DNA of 64,000 nucleotides from Myxococcota bacterium (GTDB lineage: Bacteria; Myxococcota_A; Polyangia; Nannocystales; Nannocystaceae), in contig JBCCHT010000003.1 in the NCBI GenBank assembly GCA_039028615.1, positions 256,001-320,000 on the forward strand, given 5' to 3'. The notes beneath the pieces are model-generated. The model saw only the letters and a program-made list of their open reading frames with translations. It did not search any database and had not been told where the DNA came from. Below are positions 7,150 to 18,000 of this stretch, one piece after another. Each line of letters starts with the position of its first letter. The first letter of the stretch is position 1. The translations under genes were made by a program, and so were the position numbers.

Positions 7150-8226
7150 CTATGACAATTGCTCGGTACGCCATTCGGACGGTGTTCGTCCCGTCCACCG
7201 ACGGAAGCTCCGATAGAACGCGCGCGGGTTCGCGTAGCCCAGGCAGAACGCGACTTCGCCCACCGACATGCGAGGCACCGAAAGCAGCTGTAATGCTCTT
7301 TTTTGCCGGACCTCCTCGAGCATGCGCCCGAACGAGGTGCCGCGCTCCTCGAGTCGGCGCTGCAGGGTCCGTGGGCTCATGCCGAGCGTGCGGGCGATGG
7401 AGGCCTGATCGCTGGTGCCCACCATCAAGTGATCGTCGATGAGCGACCGGACGCGGTCGTCGAAGGGGGCATCGGCGGGCGGCGGTGCATGGGCCTCCAG
7501 CTGGGCGTCGGCTTGCTGTCGGAGGTACTTGCCGATCTGCGGGTCGGCCCCGGTGATGGGCCGATCGAGAATCGCCGCGTCGAACGCAAAGCCGCACCAG
7601 CCCGCCTCGAAGGTCACCGGGCACGGCAGGTGCTCGGCATAGACTTCGGGCGCATGCTTGGGCGCATGCACGAACGCGACCTCGGTCGCCGTCGGGCCGC
7701 GCCCGTCCGCCCCGGACAGGTCGTGGACCAGGCTGGCCACGAACATCTCGATCGGCTCGATCATCGCCAGGACCCGCGGCTCATGGTTCACCGACAGGCG
7801 CGCGAGTCCATCGGCCTCGGTGAGCTCCAGCGAAAGCCGGGGGAAGGTCATGGGGCAGTAGCGGACGAACAGCTCGATCGATTGCCGCATGTCGCGACAG
7901 TGCTGCACCGCGTAGCCGAACACGCCGAGCGACTGGCGACGAACCTGCGCGCCCTCGCGGGCCATGATGAGACCCAGAGGTGGCTCGGGAAACCGCCCCA
8001 GCACGAACTCCCACACGCGAACGAGTGCCTCGTAGTCGACCAGCGCATCGGGATCGTCGAGCGCCCCGGGAACGAGCCCGCTGGCATCGGCGAGCTCGGC
8101 CGGCGTCAGGCCCAACGCGGTGAACGCCCCCATCGTCCCCTGGACCACGGCGGCGAGCACCTGATCGTCGTCACCCGCGAGGGCGGTGGGCTCGGAGCTC
8201 GACGGGGGATCGGACGCAGCGGGCAC
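7150..8226 (-). CDS. AraC family regulator (OruR/VirS-like)
   Basis: IARTLGMSPRTLQRRL and EVAFCLGYANPRAFYRSFRRWTGRTP helix-turn-helix motifs. Confidence 0.92.
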   Translation of the reverse strand: MPAASDPPSSSEPTALAGDDDQVLAAVVQGTMGAFTALGLTPAELADASGLVPGALDDPDALVDYEALVRVWEFVLGRFPEPPLGLIMAREGAQVRRQSLGVFGYAVQHCRDMRQSIELFVRYCPMTFPRLSLELTEADGLARLSVNHEPRVLAMIEPIEMFVASLVHDLSGADGRGPTATEVAFVHAPKHAPEVYAEHLPCPVTFEAGWCGFAFDAAILDRPITGADPQIGKYLRQQADAQLEAHAPPPADAPFDDRVRSLIDDHLMVGTSDQASIARTLGMSPRTLQRRLEERGTSFGRMLEEVRQKRALQLLSVPRMSVGEVAFCLGYANPRAFYRSFRRWTGRTPSEWRTEQLS

Positions 8227-8360
8227 GCCTTCGAGTCTAGCGAAGCGGTCCGCGCGTTTCCCGTGGGTCGCGCAGTGACGTCGGCTGACGCCTTTGGTGA
8301 CCCGATTGACGTCAATGGACCCTTGAGGGCCCAGGAGACTGCTCTAGGCTGAATTCGTCC

Positions 8361-9254
8361 ATGTCGAGCCCACCCGAGACCCCCTCCGCCGATGTTCGCT
8401 CTCGTACGTGGGCCACGGTCACCGCCTATCCCCTGCTGCTCGTGGTCGTCGCCGGGTCGTGTACGGGAGCGATCATGGCCCGGCTCGACCTCGAGCGGAT
8501 GCTCATCGTTTTCTTCCTCGCCGTCATCACGATCTTGTGCGGGCTGGAGCGCATCATGCCGTATCGGTCGCAGTGGCGGCCCACCGGTCGCGAGGTGGGC
8601 CGTGACGCCCTGTATTTCGTGCAGGGCATGTTCTTCGGCGGCCTGGCGCAGGTGCTGACCGGAGCCACCGCCATCGCGCTGGCCACCGAAGAAAACAGCC
8701 TCCCGCTGTGGATCGCGGCGCCGCTGGCCGTGGTGCTCATGGACTTGTCGACCTATGCGTTCCACCGCTTCGTCCACGTCAACGGCTGGATGTGGCGCGA
8801 GCACGGCATCCATCACTTGCCCGGCAAGGTCAACACGCTCAACTCCAACACGGCCCACTTCCTGGACATCCTGGGCAACAACCTCATGGCCTATGCGCCG
8901 CTGTTGCTGATGGGCTTTTCCGCCGAGTCGGTGTTCGTGGCCAGCATCGCGCGGCTCGTGCAGACGCTCGGTGTCCACGCCAACATCGACGTGCGCGTGG
9001 GGTGGCTGCGGCACTTCATCATGACCCCGCAGCATCACCGCATGCATCACAGCGTGGACCCGGAGCAGGCCGGCAACTACGGCACCGTCCTGACGCTGTG
9101 GGATCGGGTCTTCGGCACCCTTCGTGGCGAGACCGAGCCGGTGAAGCAGGTGGGGGTCCTCGAGGATGCGGCCTTCCCCGCCCCCGAGCGCATCCTGGCG
9201 TGTGCACGCCATCCCTTCGCCCCCGAGCGCCCCGTCGCGAGCCCGACTCCGTGA
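8361..9254 (+). CDS. Sterol desaturase/fatty acid hydroxylase family protein
   Basis: His boxes HRFVH, HGIHH, HANI, HHRMHH; NYG..L.LWDR.FGT; transmembrane segments; divergent from the AraC gene. Confidence 0.92.
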   Translation: MSSPPETPSADVRSRTWATVTAYPLLLVVVAGSCTGAIMARLDLERMLIVFFLAVITILCGLERIMPYRSQWRPTGREVGRDALYFVQGMFFGGLAQVLTGATAIALATEENSLPLWIAAPLAVVLMDLSTYAFHRFVHVNGWMWREHGIHHLPGKVNTLNSNTAHFLDILGNNLMAYAPLLLMGFSAESVFVASIARLVQTLGVHANIDVRVGWLRHFIMTPQHHRMHHSVDPEQAGNYGTVLTLWDRVFGTLRGETEPVKQVGVLEDAAFPAPERILACARHPFAPERPVASPTP

Positions 9255-9359
9255 CCCCCGCGGGTCGGGTGCCCGGCGATGCCCCGGGGCCCGAGGGCCC
9301 CGGAAAAAACTCCGAGCCTCGCAATCCCTCGCCGACTCGATCGGACTTGGGGTTGCGTC

Positions 9360-10193
9360 ATGCTTCGACGAATCCTGCTGCTCGGAACCCTCCCCCCCGC
9401 CTTGTTCGCCACCGCGCTCGTCGGCCCGCCCGTGGCCCAGGCCGACGACTACGAGAACTGCGAGCTCGCCCGCCAGGAGTACTGCTACGGCGCGGGCAAT
9501 GCCTTCGAGGATTGCTACGACGAGACCGACCCCGACAAGCGGGCCGCCTGCATGCGCAGCACGGTGAAGCTGTGCGAGACCATCCTGGTCGTGGTGTGCG
9601 AAAAGCTCGACGGCGGCCCTTCGTCGGCGGGCAGCGTGTCCTATGCCGTCGAATGTCCGCCCGGCACCCAGCCCGACCCGCTGGGGCGCTGCGTCGCCAA
9701 ACTACGGGGGCGCAGCGACGGGCCCGATCTCGATCCCACCGACTGGTGCCCGCCGGGCTTCGTGCCCGGACCCACCGACGAATGCGTGCCCGCGATGCAC
9801 ACCGTGCGCTTTACGCCGTCGTCGTCGGGGGGCTGGGGCGTCTCGTGCCCGCCCGGATCGAAGCCCGGCCCGATCGGCGGCTGCGTGCTCGACCTGGGCG
9901 TCGGCGAGGGCACCTCGGGCGAAGAGACCCAGTGCCCGCCGGGCATGGCTCCCGGCCCCGACGACGGCTGCGTGCCGCGGACCCTGGTGATGAACCTCGG
10001 CAACATCGAGGGCGCGCTGGCCATGGATGCGCTCAACCAGTCGGGGACCCTGGCGATGATGCCGGAGCAGAGCGAGCAGATGCTGGCCGACGTGGGGGTC
10101 GCGATGGTCAGCGACCCGGTGCAGGCGCTCGAGGCCACGGCCGAAGCGATGGGCGCAGACGTGGTCGACCCCGGCGAGCCCGGGCAGTGGTGA
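9360..10193 (+). CDS. Secreted Cys-rich protein with four CPPG repeats
   Basis: Signal peptide ending AQA; CPPG-x(7-8)-CV repeated four times. Confidence 0.75.
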   Translation: MLRRILLLGTLPPALFATALVGPPVAQADDYENCELARQEYCYGAGNAFEDCYDETDPDKRAACMRSTVKLCETILVVVCEKLDGGPSSAGSVSYAVECPPGTQPDPLGRCVAKLRGRSDGPDLDPTDWCPPGFVPGPTDECVPAMHTVRFTPSSSGGWGVSCPPGSKPGPIGGCVLDLGVGEGTSGEETQCPPGMAPGPDDGCVPRTLVMNLGNIEGALAMDALNQSGTLAMMPEQSEQMLADVGVAMVSDPVQALEATAEAMGADVVDPGEPGQW

Positions 10194-10302
10194 AGCGGAG
10201 ATTCGCCTAGATCGACGCCCAGGGGGGACTGGGCTCGGTTTCGGGGTGATGGGGGCCGGCTCGCGCTTGCGGGCCGGCCCGGTGCGTCGCACGCTGCTGG
10301 GC

Positions 10303-11049
10303 ATGTCGTCGATGCGCACCCGCTTCATGGCCGGTCTGTCCGCGAGCTGGGGAGGTCTGAAGGCCGGAACGCGCAGCGCGGGCGTGCGCCGCACCTACCT
10401 GCAGATGGTGCTGGCCCTGTTCCTCGTGAGCGCGGTGCTCGACGTGGCTGGCATCTGGGCCGTGCTGCACTGGACGGACATCAGCACCGACGCCGCCTGG
10501 TACACGAGCGTCGGCCTGTGGATCGCACGGATCCTCGGCATCCTCATCGTGTTGTTGGCGGCACCGCTTCTGTCGCTGACGGTGGTCAACCTCGTGTTTC
10601 CGTTCCTGGGCGAGCGGGTCTTCCTCGCCTCGATGCGGGGCGTCAATCCCGCGCGAGCCGAGCAGCTCGCGGCGGCCCCCGGCCTGCCGATCATGCCGTC
10701 GGTCTGGATTCAGGTCCGCCGCCTCGTGACCTTCGTGGGCATGACTCTGCTCGTGTTTCTGCTCTCGTTGCTGCCCGTGGTGGGCCAGGTCCTCGCGCCC
10801 GTGTTGCAGGGGTACGTATCCTCGCGCGGTCTGGCGTGGGAGCTGCTCGATCCCTACTTCGACAAGCTCGGGCTTCGCTACGCCGAGCAGAAGGCCGTGG
10901 TCTCTCAGCACGGCGCCTCCATGGTGGGCTTCGGCTTGCCGCTCACCTTCGTCATGGCCATTCCTCTGGCGGGTCCGCTGTTCTTCGGCCTGGCCCAGGC
11001 CGCTGCGGCCCAGCTGGTGACCGAGGTCATCGAGGCACCGACCGCGTAG
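10303..11049 (+). CDS. EI24/CysZ-like membrane protein
   Basis: Several transmembrane helices; LSLLPVVGQVL...LAWELLDPY; IPLAGPL. Start codon uncertain. Confidence 0.75.
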   Translation: MSSMRTRFMAGLSASWGGLKAGTRSAGVRRTYLQMVLALFLVSAVLDVAGIWAVLHWTDISTDAAWYTSVGLWIARILGILIVLLAAPLLSLTVVNLVFPFLGERVFLASMRGVNPARAEQLAAAPGLPIMPSVWIQVRRLVTFVGMTLLVFLLSLLPVVGQVLAPVLQGYVSSRGLAWELLDPYFDKLGLRYAEQKAVVSQHGASMVGFGLPLTFVMAIPLAGPLFFGLAQAAAAQLVTEVIEAPTA

Positions 11050-11128
11050 TCGCCCCAATCGGGCCACGTCCGCGAAACCGCGCCGTTGCGGTTTGCTCTG
11101 GCGATGGCGGGTCGCTATCACCGGGCCC

Positions 11129-12922
11129 ATGCCTGCGCCGCGCTCGTCGTTCGTGTTCGCTTCTGCGCTCGCAGTCCTCGCGTTCGCGACGGCATGTGAT
11201 TCGAACAAGTCCACGAACTCCCCGAACGGGAAGGGCAAGGCGAAGGCTGGCAGCACGGTCGAACCCTTCGTCTTCGACGATCCCTTCCCCGACGAGGCTG
11301 CGGTCGAGGCCATCGCGGCCCGCCCCGCGCCCGAGCTCACTCAGATGTTCGGGGAGCCGGAGTCACCGGTCGACCACTGGACGATGCACGGGGCTGGAGC
11401 CCAGCGCACCCCCGCGGCAGCCTACGAGGACGGGGACCGGGCGAGTGAACTCGCGGCCGAGGCCTTCGCGAGCAAGGACGAAGCGCGCACGGTCAGCCCC
11501 GGGTTGCAGTGCGCCGCTGCGGAGTTTGGCCACTTCGCGCTCGCCCATGGTGCCGAGCCGGCCGCCGACGTGCGGGGGTTCATCCTGGCGCGCTGCGGGT
11601 CGCTGGTCACCAACATCACCTTCTCCATCGATCTCATCGAGCCGAAGCGGGCTCCGAAGTCCGCCTTCACCACGCCGCAGCTGCGAGGCTTGTTCGCCCG
11701 CGTGGCCGACAGCTTTCCGCCGGACGCTCACGTCGGGCTCTGGGCTGGTCGAAGCGACCAGGGCGGCGCCGTCGTGCGCGTCTACGGCCAGCCTCGGATG
11801 GTGCTCGAGCCCGTGCCCTTGGCCAGCGGCAAGACCGGCTACGTCGAGCTTCGTGGCGAGATGCAGTGGGACGCCCAGAGCATTGTGGGCTACGCGACCG
11901 TGGGGGAGCAGGGATACTCCATCTGCAAGCGAAGCCCCGGGACCAATGAGCAAGCGCCCCGGTTCGCCCTGCGCTGCCGCGTCGACCCCAACGACGAGCG
12001 CGCGATGATCGAGCTCCAGGCCACGCCGCGCGGGCGCATCATGTCGCGCCGCGCCCTGCAGCTCATCGTCTCGCCCAAGGGCTCCGTGCCCGACGACTAC
12101 CAGGCGCCGCAGCTGTCGCTGCCCATCGGGGACGAGCGGGATGGCACCGCTTGGGCCACCGCCGTCACTGCGCTCCGCCGCAGCGCCGAGCTGTCGTCGG
12201 TCAGCCTCTCCGTTGGTCAGACCGACGTCGCGCAGAGCCTGCTGCCCCACTTGCTCGCCGCCCTGCGCAACTCCGGCCAGGCCGAGCTCCTCGACCAGAT
12301 CGCCATGGGCCTCATCGCCGGGCGCAAGATCGATGAAGACGTCGGCAGCGGCACCTTCTTTTTCTCGACCGTCCCGCGGGCGTGGACCCTCGAGCGCGAG
12401 CTCGCCGCGGTGCTCCAGTCCCCGCACGCGCGCTCCAAGATCTTCGACCCCGACCTGTCGACCCTGGCCGTCGCCTCGCTCGCCAACGAAGAGGGGCAGA
12501 TGCGCAGCTCCGTCATCGCCGGCTACACCGTGCTCCGCGATCGTGACTACTCGTGGGAGATCGCCGCGTTCTTCGATGCCGTCGATCGCCATCGCGTCGC
12601 GCGGGGCCTCGAGCCCGTCATCCGCGTCGAGGGTCCCAACGATCGCAAAGTGCTCGAGGCCTACGCGGGCCGCGTCCGCGCCGGGGAAATCGCGCCCTCC
12701 GAGGCGCTCGACGCCTTGCTCGACCACTTCGTCGAGGAGGCCAAGCGCGACTTCCACGGCATCATGTTCTCGCCCTACGCGTTCCTCGGCTGGGAGCCAC
12801 AGCTCGAAGGCACCCTCGTCGAGGCGGAGCGAGTCGCCGCTGCCGTCACCATCACCCACTTCGTGCCCGACGGGGCGGCGTGGGGGCGGTATTTGGTCCT
12901 GGTGACCTACACCAAGCTCTGA
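11129..12922 (+). CDS. Hypothetical lipoprotein
   Basis: ATAC lipobox; host-like codon bias; weak CAP-like segments (VDRHRVARGLEPV). Confidence 0.75.
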   Translation: MPAPRSSFVFASALAVLAFATACDSNKSTNSPNGKGKAKAGSTVEPFVFDDPFPDEAAVEAIAARPAPELTQMFGEPESPVDHWTMHGAGAQRTPAAAYEDGDRASELAAEAFASKDEARTVSPGLQCAAAEFGHFALAHGAEPAADVRGFILARCGSLVTNITFSIDLIEPKRAPKSAFTTPQLRGLFARVADSFPPDAHVGLWAGRSDQGGAVVRVYGQPRMVLEPVPLASGKTGYVELRGEMQWDAQSIVGYATVGEQGYSICKRSPGTNEQAPRFALRCRVDPNDERAMIELQATPRGRIMSRRALQLIVSPKGSVPDDYQAPQLSLPIGDERDGTAWATAVTALRRSAELSSVSLSVGQTDVAQSLLPHLLAALRNSGQAELLDQIAMGLIAGRKIDEDVGSGTFFFSTVPRAWTLERELAAVLQSPHARSKIFDPDLSTLAVASLANEEGQMRSSVIAGYTVLRDRDYSWEIAAFFDAVDRHRVARGLEPVIRVEGPNDRKVLEAYAGRVRAGEIAPSEALDALLDHFVEEAKRDFHGIMFSPYAFLGWEPQLEGTLVEAERVAAAVTITHFVPDGAAWGRYLVLVTYTKL

Positions 12923-13088
12923 AGCCGGGAGATTTTTCCCGAGCCCCGTCCAAAGTTCGCGGGCGCGGTGACTACTCGTTGTCGCGATCACGCACCTCGC
13001 TCGGCCCCCGAGGCCGGGCTCGTCTCCCCGCGGCGGCAGTTGTGAACGGCCCATCGGCGTGTCACCGTCGCCTCAGGGGTCATCTGCC

Positions 13089-13691
13089 ATGTCGAGCCCT
13101 CCCGTTCGCTTCAAAATCGGCCTGCTGGACTGCCTGCTGGTCCCGGCCCGCGACGTCCGCCGCATCGCCTCGCGCGACGAAGCGGCTGCGTTCCTGCGGG
13201 GGTGTGATGTGCCGGAGGACGAAATCGAGGGGCTGATCGAAGGGCTGGCCGATGGCTCGTTGGTTCCCGTACGGCTGGGGCGTGAGCCCGCGTTGATGGA
13301 CGCGCCCGAGATCCGCCCGCTCGTCGAGCCCACCCGGCCGACCGAGGACGAGCAGCGCAGCTGGGTCTCGATCGAGGTCATCCACGCCGCCGGGCTCGAC
13401 ACCGCGGGCATCGAGGTCGAGCTCGACCCGGCCAGCGGTGCAGAGGTATTCGGCCGACTCGGTGAGGGGGGCCGCTGGAGGGCCGACGGCATCGCCCGAG
13501 GGTCCTGCCGTTTATCGCTGCTCGACCACGCCGTGCTCCGGGCTCGGCCGCGGATCATGGGCGACGTGGGGTCGGTGTCCGACCAGGAGCTGTGGTGGGA
13601 AGCGGGTACCACCCGGAATCTCGAGCTGTCCACCGCGGCGCATCACCGGATTCGCATCATTACGCCCCGCGTTCTGCATTTCTCCGTCTAG
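13089..13691 (+). CDS. Hypothetical protein, first gene of the effector-like operon
   Basis: WVSIEVI...GRLGEGG...GIARGSC.L resembles a small beta-sandwich; 9-nt gap to the next gene. Confidence 0.65.
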   Translation: MSSPPVRFKIGLLDCLLVPARDVRRIASRDEAAAFLRGCDVPEDEIEGLIEGLADGSLVPVRLGREPALMDAPEIRPLVEPTRPTEDEQRSWVSIEVIHAAGLDTAGIEVELDPASGAEVFGRLGEGGRWRADGIARGSCRLSLLDHAVLRARPRIMGDVGSVSDQELWWEAGTTRNLELSTAAHHRIRIITPRVLHFSV

Positions 13692-13700
13692 CGAATCGCC

Positions 13701-15020
13701 ATGCGTACTCTTCGTCATCCGCTGATCGTCATCGCGCTGTTCGCTGGTTCGCCTTCGTGTACCGAGGCGGAGGCGCCGGGTACTGCCTCTTCTTCTGAGC
13801 CGGTTGCGCTGAAGTTCGATCTCCCGTCGGGCGTGGCGGTGGTCGTCGACGGCGAGCCGCGGGGGAGGACGCCGCTGGAGCCGCTGATGCTCGCAGGGGG
13901 CTCGCATCAGGTCATGCTCTCTACGGCCTGTGTATCGACGGAGTTGTCCGTGACGCTCGAGTCCGGCCGTGGGGAGACTATCGATCGGCCTCGGGCGGGG
14001 GCGCTCGGTTTTGCCACCGTGCAGATCACCACCAATGCGCTCGACGGCAAGGCTTTGCCGCATACGGTCACGGTGGATGGCGAACAGCGGAACGACGGTG
14101 CGTCATCGTCCACCTTCGAGCTGTCCGCGTGTGAGCATCGCTTGGGGGTGACGAGCCCTGGGGTCGCTTCCTGGAGCGAGGTGGTCACGCCCAAGGCCGG
14201 GGAGGCGCTCGAGCGGTCCATCACCCTCACCGAGGGGCCGGATGTCATCCGCATCCCGGGCAAGCGCTTTCGCATCGGGCCTCCCGGGCCCAGTCGGTAC
14301 ATCCCTGGACTACAGTCGACGGAGGATTTGACGAGGGAAGAGCAGCAGGGGTGGCCCTGGCTCGCGGTGATGGAGGTGGATGTTCCGACGCTCGACTTCG
14401 ACAAGTCGGAGGTTACGGCGGGGCAGTTTCATGCCTGCCGGAAGAGCGGCAAGTGCCCCTGGAAGTCGATGAAGCTCCGGTATACGAAAATGCCACCACG
14501 GGAAGACCGGACTCTGTGCACGACGGTGGAGAGGAGTCAGCGTGAGCCGCGACCGGGATGGGCCAATCGCCCGATGAATTGCATCTCCCGCTGGGAGGCC
14601 GAGATGTACTGTGAGGCGCACGGCAAACGACTACCGATGGACGCCGAGTGGGAGCACGCTGCTCGTGGCGGGCGCGAGGACTTCCATTGCCCGTGGGGAC
14701 CGCTTTCGGTCATGACGGAAGACAGCCGGGGTTACTGTGCGAAACCGGGGAAGCAGCACGCCATGCCGTCGGTGTGTGACGACGAAAACCCGGAGTGGTC
14801 CTTTGGCCTCTGCGGCATCATCGACGGTGTCGGAGACATGGTCGGCAAGACACCCGGGCGCACGATTTGGCCCAACGACCTCGAGAACCTCGGACCCGTG
14901 CGCGGAGGATCGTTCCGCAGTAAGGGGACGACCACGTTCGGAGACGGGGCGCTCGATGTGAACTCGGAGTCCGCGGATGTCGGTTTTCGCTGCGTGCGTG
15001 AGGTGGAAGGACCTCGGTAG
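13701..15020 (+). CDS. PEGA + formylglycine-generating-enzyme-like (FGE-sulfatase) domain exported protein
   Basis: VVVDGEPRGRTPL (PEGA); EVT..QF..C, RLP.DAEWEHAARG, RGGSF, VGFRCV. Confidence 0.88.
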   Translation: MRTLRHPLIVIALFAGSPSCTEAEAPGTASSSEPVALKFDLPSGVAVVVDGEPRGRTPLEPLMLAGGSHQVMLSTACVSTELSVTLESGRGETIDRPRAGALGFATVQITTNALDGKALPHTVTVDGEQRNDGASSSTFELSACEHRLGVTSPGVASWSEVVTPKAGEALERSITLTEGPDVIRIPGKRFRIGPPGPSRYIPGLQSTEDLTREEQQGWPWLAVMEVDVPTLDFDKSEVTAGQFHACRKSGKCPWKSMKLRYTKMPPREDRTLCTTVERSQREPRPGWANRPMNCISRWEAEMYCEAHGKRLPMDAEWEHAARGGREDFHCPWGPLSVMTEDSRGYCAKPGKQHAMPSVCDDENPEWSFGLCGIIDGVGDMVGKTPGRTIWPNDLENLGPVRGGSFRSKGTTTFGDGALDVNSESADVGFRCVREVEGPR

Positions 15021-15026
15021 GCGAGC

Positions 15027-18000
15027 ATGAGCTTCGAGCGCAATCCGGTGCCGGGCTCTCCGCCGCCGCTGCCCCTTCAGTGCAAGGACTTCGATCCGAT
15101 CACGGGTGAGCAGGTCGGCTCCGAGTGCCGCAAGCAGCAGCAAGCTCACCACGAGCGAATGCTCGAACTCGACCCCGAGGAGCGCAAGAAGCTCGGTCGG
15201 TTCGACTGTACGAAGCACGGTACGGGACGAAAGAACTGCAATCGTCGAACGTTCTTGTATCCACGAAAGGTCAACAAGAAAGGCAACTTTCACGTTCATC
15301 AGGGCATCGACCTGTTCCCTGGACCTCTGTCCGAAGGGCGCCCTTCTCCAGATCGAATCCTCTCCGTCACATCGGGCCAAGTGTGTTGCGTGCTCGAGTG
15401 GGACGGCGTGACGTCGGGGTACGGCAACGTCATCGCGGTCTACAACGACCGCCTCGATATGACCTTCTGGTACGCGCACTGCAAAGCGGTGTTCTTCAAG
15501 GAGGGAGAGACGGTTAGGGAACAGGAGTTGATCGCGATCGTCGGGAATACTGGATTCGCGGGTGGTCTGCACCTTCACTTCGAAGTTCATCGCGGGAAGT
15601 CCAAACACCCGTTGCGGGGCGAAAGAACGCCCTATGACGAGGGGGGCAGTCCTCGAAGGCTGAACCCGCACATCGTTCTCGAGTCTCTGGGTCCATGGGG
15701 CGCCACACAACTATTTTTGCCCGGAGGGACGGAAGTTGAAGACGCGACCGTCGCAGAACTCCACAAGGAAGTGGAAACCTCGCGTGAGGGCGGGTGCTTT
15801 CCGCTGGGTGCCAACAACCTATGGCATGGCGGGGTTCACGTTCGGACGCCCCCCCGTGCGGACCTGCATGCTCCCTTCGACGGTGACATCGTTGCCATAC
15901 GCCTCGACCCGGATCCGGCGACCGCGATGGGCCGCTTCGGAAGCATGAACTTCGTGCTCATGCGCCACGAGATCAGCGAGTCGATCTTCGAGCGTCTGCA
16001 ACGCAAGGAGCCCGGCGAACCCGAAGAACCCGAGCAGCCGGCACCCACCCGTCCCCCGGCGGTGGGGCGACGTTCGAGCAATCCGCCCGATCGAGTCGCG
16101 CAGGTCGAGCAGCGCCTACGCGAGCTGCTCGACGAGCATGGGCAGCCGTTCTACGCGTTCGAGGGCCCAGCGTTGCTCGAGGACGGCAAGCTTCGGCGCG
16201 AGTTCCAAGACGCGATCGAGGCATTTCAGAGCACACTCGACAGCCCCTACTCGCCGTCGAGGGCCTGGCCCGACGGCAAGATCTCCATCGGTGGCTACAC
16301 CTGGCGAGCGTTGTTTCCCGAAGGCCCGCCGGGGACCGACGACCCCGAAACGCCCGAGATACCGCCGCCCGCGGAAGAAGACCCCACCCGGGTGGTGTTT
16401 TCGTTGTTCATGCACGTGGGCGCGGTGCCGATCGACGCCGCGTTGGTCTCACGCATCCGCTGGCTCGAGCATGCGCGGATCCCCGGAGGCTCGAAGCCCG
16501 CGGACGACGACGACGCTCGGGCGGAGCACCAGGCCGATCTCGAGGAAGCCAAGTACCGCATCGAGACCGCGGTGGGCCGCGATCCCGACGAGCCGGGCTC
16601 CGAAGGCGCGCCCGCCGACATCGAGTGGGTGCAGCGTCGTCTTCAACGACATACGAGCTACCGCTTCCACGAGGCGACGGAAGCTGGTGTTTTCAGCGAT
16701 GCCCTCGATCGAGCCATCCGCGATTTTCAGGCGCAGTTCGTTCCATTTTTCGCCAGGCGGGGCCATGCTCCCGATGGGATCGTAGGCCCCCGCGGCAGCA
16801 CCCGGAGGACGCTGGCGAAGCCAGCCACCGAGTTGAAGCCGGCAGGAGTTCCCGTGGTCGATCCCGAGTTCCTGGCGGCCATCGAAGCGCGCGACGAAGC
16901 GGGACACGCCGCGGTCGTCTCGGGGTTGAAGATCCCGGTCGCCGCCAAGGACGTCTTGTGGGTCGCGGGCCAGACCCAGGCCATCCTCGCCGATGGCAGT
17001 GGGCCCATGCGTTCGATGGTGCACTGGGAGATCTTCTCGGAGCATCAGGTCATGGGTGCTTGGGACGATGCCAAGCTCGAAGACACCACTCTCGACCTCT
17101 CGCTCGATGTGCCGGAGCAGCTCTTCGACTTGGTGGAGACGCTCGAACTCCCCGGGGTGGCCAAGGACGACTTCATCACCCCGCTGGAAATGGTCGAGTT
17201 CTACGCGGGCGAGGACGCCAAGCTGCTCCGCCAGACGCCGTGCCGGTTCCTCAGCGAGTGGGGGCTCGATCTGCCCGCAGCCGTCGCCGCCGTGGCTCGG
17301 ATGGGGTTCGACACCTCGGGTCTCGAGGCCGACCTCGAGCCCTATCTGTGGTGGAATGCCGCCGCGGACGTGCTGCCTGCGTCTCCCATCGTCTGGCACT
17401 ACAACCCCATCGAGCTGGCGCGGGTCTATCAAGGCGAAGTCGATGCGCTCAAACCCAGGGAGTTCGACGACACGACGCATCCCACGCTGGTGGTCCGGGT
17501 GCTGTTCGACAACGGCGTGCTCATGCCGAAGGCGACGGTCTCGGTCATCCAAGGGGGCGCGACGATTGCCAGCGGTAGGACGCTCGAGGACGGCGAGCGT
17601 AGGTTTCGTGGGCTTCCGGTCGGGTCCTACGAAGTTCTCGTCGATGGCTCCAGCGTTGCGAGCCATCGGGTCGAGCTTTCGGGAGGACCGCCGACCTTAC
17701 TGGAGGTCGAGACGACCGTGCCCGGGCCGCCGCCCAAGCGCGGTACGATCTTCGTCAACGTTCGCAAGGAACACACCGGCCTACGGCCACGCTTCGATGT
17801 CGCCGTCTCGCTCCGGGAGGCGAGCGGCGCGGAAGTAGCCACGGGTGTTGCGAAGCGAGGCAAAGCGGCGTTCGAGAGCGTCGAGTTCGGTGACTATGTG
17901 CTGCACGCAGGGGAGGCGACACCGGTGGAGATCACCCTCGATCGCAAGAAAAAGACCGCCTCGACGCTAGTGCTGCCCCCTCCCATTCGTACTCTGACGG

